NCBI GenBank assembly: GCA_050178385.1
Contig: JBFXGD010000086.1
Coordinates: 1-14,048 of the forward strand
Length of the DNA: 14,048 nt
From: Calditrichaceae bacterium
GTDB lineage: Bacteria; Calditrichota; Calditrichia; Calditrichales; JBFXGD01
Reading direction: 5' to 3'
Under the pieces are notes generated by a model. It had not been told where the DNA came from. It saw only the letters and a list, made by a program, of their open reading frames with translations, and made no database searches. Positions 8,537 through 14,048 of the stretch are shown here, one piece after another (position 1 is the first letter of the stretch; each line of letters begins with the position of its first letter). The translations under genes were made by a program, and so were the position numbers.

Positions 8537-8650
8537 AAAGAAGTAAGAAGTGGAATGGGGAATCGGGATAAGATAGTTCCCTAAAAACAAGACGTGTTCA
8601 TCAAAATTTATCCTGCTTTGTATTTAATAAATAAACGCAGAGGAGATTCT

Positions 8651-10111
8651 GTGAAAGATAAAATTCTGGGTGAAGCCTTAACCTTTGATGATGTATTGCT
8701 GGTGCCGGCGAGATCAAGTGTTCTGCCGCGCGATGTTTTGGTTTCAACAAAACTCACACAAAATATTACCTTAAATATTCCCATATTATCCGCAGCCATG
8801 GATACCGTAACCGAGTATGAATTGGCGATTGCTCTTGCCCGCGAAGGGGGCATCGGTATAATTCACAAGAATATGACCATCGATCAACAGGCTCAGCAGG
8901 TGGATCGTGTAAAACGGTCGGAAAGCGGTATGATCAGTCATCCGGTGACGCTGGGACCTCAACGCAAGCTTAGTGAAGCGCTTGAAATGATGCGCAAATA
9001 TCATATTTCCGGTATTCCAATCGTAGATAATCAAAAATTAGTCGGTATTCTGACAAACCGCGATCTGAGATTCGAAACAGATCTTGACCGCACCATTGAT
9101 AAGATAATGACAAAGAACAATCTCATTACTGCTCCCATAGGCACATCTCTTGAAGAAGCCGAAATTATCCTGCAAAAACACAGAATCGAAAAATTATTGA
9201 TCGTTGATAATAAGAATGAACTCAAAGGACTGATCACCGTTAAGGATATTCAGAAAAAGAAGATGTTCCCGGATGCCTGCAAGGATGAAGAGGGACGGTT
9301 GAGAGTCGGCGCCGCCATCGGTGTTGGGGAAAGCGGATTGGAACGCGCCGAAGCTTTAATAAAAGCCAGGGTTGATGTGATCGTGATTGATACCGCTCAT
9401 GGCCATTCTGAGGGTGTCATCGAATCGGTCAGAAATTTTAAAAAGCGGTTTCCTAAAATGCAGCTGATAGCCGGTAATATCGCAACCGCAACCGCGGCTA
9501 AAGATCTTATTGATGCCGGTGTTGACGGTCTGAAAGTCGGAATCGGACCTGGGTCAATCTGCACAACACGTGTGGTAACCGGCATCGGAGTTCCTCAAAT
9601 TTACGCGGTAATGGAAGTTGCCGGTGTGGCAAAAAAATATGGAATACCCGTCATTGCGGATGGCGGAATAAAATACTCCGGTGATATCGCCAAAGCCGTT
9701 GCCGCAGGGGCTGACAGTATCATGATTGGCAGTCTGTTCGCGGGAACGGATGAAAGCCCGGGTGAGACGATACTGCTTGACGGCCGGAGTTTTAAAGCGG
9801 TACGGGGAATGGGTTCTCTCGGAGCTATGGCGGAGGGCAGTAAAGACCGTTATTTCCAGGATGGCCTTTCTGTGGACAAACTGGTCCCGGAAGGCATTGA
9901 AGGAAGGGTACCTTATCGCGGACCATTGAGAAACACGGTTTTTCAGATGGTTGGCGGATTACGGTCGGCAATGGGATATACCGGGTGTCAGTCTATTGAA
10001 GAGATGAAAGACCGGGCTCAGTTTGTAAAAATGAGTTCTGCCGGTCTGCAGGAAAGCCACCCGCATGATGTCATAATCACAAAAGAGTCGCCAAATTACA
10101 GCACCAGATAA
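8651..10111 (+). CDS. guaB: IMP dehydrogenase (with CBS pair)
   Basis: [30 protein letters not shown] region, DTAHGHS, catalytic loop [29 protein letters not shown]. The true start is likely GTG 8651, after AGGAG at 8641-8645. Confidence 0.97.
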   Translation: MKDKILGEALTFDDVLLVPARSSVLPRDVLVSTKLTQNITLNIPILSAAMDTVTEYELAIALAREGGIGIIHKNMTIDQQAQQVDRVKRSESGMISHPVTLGPQRKLSEALEMMRKYHISGIPIVDNQKLVGILTNRDLRFETDLDRTIDKIMTKNNLITAPIGTSLEEAEIILQKHRIEKLLIVDNKNELKGLITVKDIQKKKMFPDACKDEEGRLRVGAAIGVGESGLERAEALIKARVDVIVIDTAHGHSEGVIESVRNFKKRFPKMQLIAGNIATATAAKDLIDAGVDGLKVGIGPGSICTTRVVTGIGVPQIYAVMEVAGVAKKYGIPVIADGGIKYSGDIAKAVAAGADSIMIGSLFAGTDESPGETILLDGRSFKAVRGMGSLGAMAEGSKDRYFQDGLSVDKLVPEGIEGRVPYRGPLRNTVFQMVGGLRSAMGYTGCQSIEEMKDRAQFVKMSSAGLQESHPHDVIITKESPNYSTR

Positions 10112-10187
10112 ATAGTGCCCCGTGATAGCCGGTCTGGGTATTAATTCCATGTACGGCAGCCTGGGGAATAGGAGTAAGGATTTAATC

Positions 10188-10586
10188 ATGTTAAAAAAAA
10201 TTGATCATATCGGAATAGCGGTGCCTGATCTAACCGACATAATAGAAACATATAAAACTGCTTTTGAAATGGATCCCGAATTTACAGAAACAGTCCCTGA
10301 CCAAAAAGTAAACGTTGCGGGTTTCCACGTTGGCGAATCAACCATCGAATATCTTGAGCCATCCGCCCCGGATTCTCCGATTGCCAGTTTTTTGGAAAAA
10401 CGTGGCACAGGGATACATCATCTGGCTTTTCGTGTGGAAAATCTTGCTGAAAAACTTTCAGAGCTTAAAGCAAAGGGATTCAGGCTGATTGATGAATCGC
10501 CAAGACTGGGAGCGGAGGGTAAAAAAATCGCTTTTATTCACCCAAAAAGCACAAACGGAATACTGATTGAGCTTTGTGAGATATAG
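10188..10586 (+). CDS. mce: Methylmalonyl-CoA epimerase (VOC superfamily)
   Basis: [62 protein letters not shown] 10188 follows AGGAGTAAGGA at 10170-10180. Confidence 0.92.
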   Translation: MLKKIDHIGIAVPDLTDIIETYKTAFEMDPEFTETVPDQKVNVAGFHVGESTIEYLEPSAPDSPIASFLEKRGTGIHHLAFRVENLAEKLSELKAKGFRLIDESPRLGAEGKKIAFIHPKSTNGILIELCEI

Positions 10587-10601
10587 AATAGCTGTTATAA
10601 C

Positions 10602-10631
10602 AGCCCGCCAATAAGTGGCGGGCTTTTTTTT
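10602..10631 (+). terminator. Rho-independent terminator after guaB-mce
   Basis: Stem AGCCCGCCA / TGGCGGGCT with an ATAAG loop, followed by a T tract, 15 bp after the mce stop. Confidence 0.92.
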
Positions 10632-10667
10632 GATAATTTTCTCTGTTTTGTGATGAATATTTAAACT

Positions 10668-11615
10668 ATGAATTTTGTTAATCGTTATTTTACTCTCATT
10701 TTTCTGGTGATCCCTGTGACATGGGCCGGTTCCTTTATCGCCGGGAAATATGTGATACATGATATTGATCCTATCGGCAGTGTCTTCTGGAGATTTCTGC
10801 TCTCAGGATTGCTGATGATACCTGTATTGATGCTTTTTCACCGTAAAGCTCATCCGGAAAAGATCAGCGGCGCGTGGATCAAACACCTGCTGATCGTTGT
10901 TTTTACAGCGGGAATTGGTTACCATATTTTATTCTTCTGGGCGCTAAAATATACATCCCCCACCAATACGGCACTGATCATCGCGCTAAATCCGTTTTTT
11001 ACGGCATTTGCTGAAATTATTATCTTTAAAAGAACCCGACCCGGCCGTTTTTATTTAGGATTTCTGTTAGCGTTTTCAGGCGCGGTCTGGGTCAACATTT
11101 CCCGCGGCGGACATATCGATTTTTCGACCCTTGGAGCGGGTGAAATTCTGGCGCTCGGCGCGTCACTCATCTGGTCGGTATATACCATTCTCGCTAAAAA
11201 AACCAAACATGAAGAATGGGATTCTCTTTGGATCAACGCCTACAATTATTTGTTTACGGCAATTTTGCTTATGCCGTTTGTGGGAGCTGTTATTCAGCCT
11301 TCATTTCTTATTTCGGTGTCAGGTGAAGCCTGGGCAGGTTTATGGTACATGGCTGTTTTTCCCACAATTATCGGTTATACATTGTTCTATGTGGGCGTTC
11401 AGAAAAAAGGACCGGCCTGGGCCGCAACATTTATTTACCTGGTACCTTCAATAACCGCGAATCTTGATTACTTGTTTTTTGATGCTCATATGTCTTTTGC
11501 GATGATATCCGGAACGACTTTTGTAGTGATCGGTCTGATCGTAGGCAACATCAGTCCGCAGCAGATTTTATGGCTCAGAAAAAGTATTATAAGCCGGACT
11601 GATAACAAACATTAG
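10668..11615 (+). CDS. EamA/DMT family transporter
   Basis: 315 aa with about 10 hydrophobic helices in two EamA-like repeats: WAGSFIAGK, RF, ALKYTSPTNTALIIALNP, WSVYTILAKK, YMAVFPTIIGY, GPAWAATFIYLVP. Confidence 0.92.
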   Translation: MNFVNRYFTLIFLVIPVTWAGSFIAGKYVIHDIDPIGSVFWRFLLSGLLMIPVLMLFHRKAHPEKISGAWIKHLLIVVFTAGIGYHILFFWALKYTSPTNTALIIALNPFFTAFAEIIIFKRTRPGRFYLGFLLAFSGAVWVNISRGGHIDFSTLGAGEILALGASLIWSVYTILAKKTKHEEWDSLWINAYNYLFTAILLMPFVGAVIQPSFLISVSGEAWAGLWYMAVFPTIIGYTLFYVGVQKKGPAWAATFIYLVPSITANLDYLFFDAHMSFAMISGTTFVVIGLIVGNISPQQILWLRKSIISRTDNKH

Positions 11616-11752
11616 TTACGTTTTGAATTAAAAGTTGATATCGAATAATTACTCATCATTCCTATTTATTTTTTTTATTCGTTTCAGAAAATCTGAAAAA
11701 TACATAATTTATTTCCATGAAATGTGCAATACATTGTTTACATCAGTGAGGG

Positions 11753-12865
11753 ATGAGGATGTCAAATTTTATTTTCTCATTTATTGTCATAGTTCATGCT
11801 TTAATTCATCTTTTAGGATTCGCAAAAGCCTATAACTTTGGCAGCATTCAACAATTAACAAAAGTTATCTCAAAACCGATGGGTATGATTTGGTTATTTA
11901 CCTTTCTGTTATTTGTGATAACCGTACTGCTTTTTTGGATGAACAAGAATATGTGGCCTGCCCTGGCAATAATTTCTGTTATTTTTTCTCAGATACTAAT
12001 TCTGACGGTGTGGAGCGATGCAAAATTCGGAACAGTTGCTAATATTATTGTGCTTGCGGCTGCGTTGCCCGCCTTGGGTAATATCCAGTTTAATAACATG
12101 ATTGAGAAAGAACAAAAAGAGCTGCTTGGGAGCGTTGCCATGGATGCCGGTACCATTGTTGATAGTACGGGGATAAATCACCTACCCGTCATTATTCAGA
12201 AATGGTTTAAGTTTTCAGGAGTGATCAACAAACCAAAGGCGGTTTTTGTCAGATTAAAACAACAAGGGGAGATGAAGACAAAACCGGATGGTAAATGGAT
12301 GAGTTTCAAGGCGGATGAGTATTTTGACGCAAGAAAACCTTCATTCATATGGGTAACCCGTGTTTGGATGATGCCGCTTATTTATCTGAACGGCCGTGAT
12401 AAGTTCAAAGAAGGCGAAGGCGAAATGCTCATCAGGTTGCTCTCTCTGGTAAATGTTGTAAACGAAGGACATAATGAAAAAATGAATACGGGAGCCATGT
12501 TAAGATATTTGGGGGAAGTCTGCTGGTTCCCCTCGGCCGCCATTAACGATTATATGAACTGGGAAGAAATTGACTCTTTATCGGCAAAAGCCATCATGAC
12601 CTATAAAAACAGGAGTGTTTCCGGAGTTTTCACTTTTAAGGATAACGGAGAAATGGTTTCATTTCAGGCTGACCGTTATTTTGGTGGTGGGGCGGATGCA
12701 AAATTAGAAAAGTGGCTTGTAGAAATGGTGGAGTATAAAGAATTCGATGGATATCGCATCCCTAATAAATGTAAAGTCATCTGGAAATTAAACGAAGGCG
12801 ATTTCACATGGCTGGATCTGGAGATCGTTGATTTAGATATCAACACGTTTCAGCTTTATGAATAG
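11753..12865 (+). CDS. Membrane-anchored protein, DUF6544-like
   Basis: 370 aa with four N-terminal hydrophobic helices (HALIHLLGF...WSDAKFGT). The soluble domain contains HLP, LKQQGEMK, FIW, RDKF..GEGEM, LRYLGE..WFP and G.RIP..C...W, as I recall for DUF6544. Start could be 11753 or 11759. Confidence 0.75.
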   Translation: MRMSNFIFSFIVIVHALIHLLGFAKAYNFGSIQQLTKVISKPMGMIWLFTFLLFVITVLLFWMNKNMWPALAIISVIFSQILILTVWSDAKFGTVANIIVLAAALPALGNIQFNNMIEKEQKELLGSVAMDAGTIVDSTGINHLPVIIQKWFKFSGVINKPKAVFVRLKQQGEMKTKPDGKWMSFKADEYFDARKPSFIWVTRVWMMPLIYLNGRDKFKEGEGEMLIRLLSLVNVVNEGHNEKMNTGAMLRYLGEVCWFPSAAINDYMNWEEIDSLSAKAIMTYKNRSVSGVFTFKDNGEMVSFQADRYFGGGADAKLEKWLVEMVEYKEFDGYRIPNKCKVIWKLNEGDFTWLDLEIVDLDINTFQLYE

Positions 12866-13230
12866 AAAGTCAAAAATTTATACAAAACTAATCGGCTGTC
12901 TGAAGCACGGATAAGCAGGGAAATTTCCGGACGGATTAGATGCGGGTAGTTTAATTTCTCACCGCTTTTTAACTCTTTGAAAATTACATTGATAAGAAAT
13001 TAAGCGAGCAGAAAGAAATATTTTATCCTATGGAAAACGAATTTAAAAAGGATGCGAAATATCTTTTTATTCCTGACTCCATAAGAGGCGTCATCAAGTC
13101 GAATGGTGATTTACACAATAAAATTGAACTTCTCAAACAGATAAATTTTACGGAAATAACCGCCAGTTCCGGCTATTAAATAATAAAAATATTACTTAAG
13201 AATCCCGCGTCTTCAGCACAATATCTTACT

Positions 13231-13286
13231 CATAACTCATAACTCATAACTCTTAACTCTTAACTCATAACGCTTAACTCTTAACG
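13231..13286. repeat. Heptamer tandem repeat C(A/T)TAAC(T/G) x8
   Basis: CATAACT x3, CTTAACT x2, CATAACG, CTTAACT, CTTAACG, read directly from the sequence. Confidence 0.95.
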
Positions 13287-13370
13287 CTTTTAATTCCCAT
13301 TTCCTGCTTCAGACACAGGGTTTCTTCATTTTTTTCTTATTTCTTAAACTTCTTACTTATTCCCTTCTTT

Positions 13371-13463
13371 GTCTGAACTATGATTCGCCTGATTACATGA
13401 ATACTCTGATTTCCAACTTTTTAATCATGGTCATCATTTAATCATTTTAATCTGAGTTCAGAC
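13371..13463 (-). repeat. 93-bp hairpin/REP-like element, copy 2 (inverted relative to 8444-8536)
   Basis: Same terminal inverted repeats, with 8 substitutions and no indels relative to copy 1. Its flanks carry the reverse complements of the A-rich heptamer block (about 13473-13498) and of TAAGAAG-TTTAAG (13343-13355). Confidence 0.92.
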
Positions 13464-13508
13464 CGTTTTTACTCTTTTTTCTTTTATCTTTTTTCTTTCA
13501 ATTCATCT

Positions 13509-13624
13509 TTCTTCTAACCCACCCCGGGCCTGATAAATCATGCCCTTCCCCTCCCTTATGCATAAGGGAGGGGATAGAGGGGAGGGGCAGTCTCTTGCAA
13601 AACAGAAAATTCGCCCCGAAGAAT
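13509..13624. repeat. 116-bp direct repeat, copy A, with a REP-like palindrome
   Basis: Identical to 13802-13917 except at one base (13587 G vs 13880 T). Contains the perfect 28-bp palindrome TCCCCTCCCTTATGCATAAGGGAGGGGA at 13547-13574. Confidence 0.95.
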
Positions 13625-13744
13625 CCTATTTTCTAAATCCTTCCAAGGTAGCCAAAGATGCCTGCGGCATGACATACGGGTAGATTAACCGGGTTCACCG
13701 CGGTTGACTATGACATCACGCGCACAAATTGGGACGCCCCTACT

Positions 13745-13772
13745 CTTAACTCTTAACTCTTTTCTCTTAACG
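13745..13772. repeat. Second, shorter CTTAAC(T/G) heptamer run
   Basis: CTTAACT, CTTAACT, CTTTTCT, CTTAACG, followed by a tail (...TTTAATT...CCCATTTCCT.CTTC) similar to the tail after the 13231-13286 run. Confidence 0.8.
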
Positions 13773-13801
13773 CTCTTTAATTCTCACTTCCCATTTCCTC
13801 C

Positions 13802-13917
13802 TTCTTCTAACCCACCCCGGGCCTGATAAATCATGCCCTTCCCCTCCCTTATGCATAAGGGAGGGGATAGAGGGGAGGGTCAGTCTCTTGCAAAACAGAA
13901 AATTCGCCCCGAAGAAT
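13802..13917. repeat. 116-bp direct repeat, copy B, with a REP-like palindrome
   Basis: Offset 293 bp from copy A. Palindrome at 13840-13867. An outer imperfect stem can form between ACCCACCCC and GGGGAGGGT. Confidence 0.95.
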
Positions 13918-14048
13918 TTCGAAACGCAATAGTTGAATCTGAAACTCTTAACTCTTTTTTCTTTTATCTTTTATCTTTTCCTTCGTACTTCCTCCCACAA
14001 TTGCTAAATGGCGATTTAATCCTTAATTTTCCTCATTAAAAATTTAGT

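Noticed and set aside
8540..8650. Purine riboswitch upstream of guaB
   Set aside because: I see no three-way junction or conserved purine-aptamer core, and no terminator or sequestering hairpin before the RBS.
8594..10187. ORF-track starts for guaB (8594) and mce (10122)
   Set aside because: Downstream starts at 8651 and 10188 have strong RBS sequences and match the usual N-termini of these families.
11682..11735. Short inverted repeats upstream of the DUF6544-like gene (TTTCAGA-AAA-TCTGAAA; AATGT-GCAAT-ACATT)
   Set aside because: They are short and lie in very AT-rich DNA, so chance cannot be excluded without comparative data.
140..12181. Many short antisense or alternate-frame ORFs in the ORF track
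   Set aside because: They overlap well-supported genes, show no recognisable motifs and are the expected shadow ORFs.
13833..14039. 68-aa ORF on the + strand
   Set aside because: It lies in the palindromic repeat and pyrimidine heptamers, with low-complexity translation. The same start sequence occurs in repeat copy A, so it is most likely spurious.
12866..14048. Autonomous IS element or diversity-generating retroelement
   Set aside because: No transposase or reverse-transcriptase ORF is present, and there is no template/variable repeat pair in a coding region within the window.

Overview
Bacterial chromosomal window of moderate GC. Nine protein genes lie on the + strand: a 5'-truncated P1B-2 (Zn/Cd/Pb) ATPase, a DUF3592-like membrane protein, a DEDDh exonuclease-DinG helicase fusion, hutH, an atypical RpiB (N-terminal extension, catalytic Cys replaced by Asp), guaB, methylmalonyl-CoA epimerase, an EamA/DMT transporter and a DUF6544-like protein. 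The gene content is mostly housekeeping, and the unusual signal is in the non-coding DNA. Two intergenic regions, 8075-8551 and about 12897-14000, are built in opposite orientations from shared repeat modules: 7-bp tandem repeats, an A-rich 7-mer block and a 93-bp hairpin with GTCTGAAC/GTTCAGAC ends. The second region also holds two 116-bp copies of a palindromic REP-like element. The first region is a 99/99/92-bp higher-order array in which a nearly invariant 64-bp block alternates with TRRGAAG heptamer runs whose A/G positions differ in every unit. No rRNA, tRNA, transposase, cas gene or true CRISPR array is evident. All family assignments come from motif recognition, not database searches.
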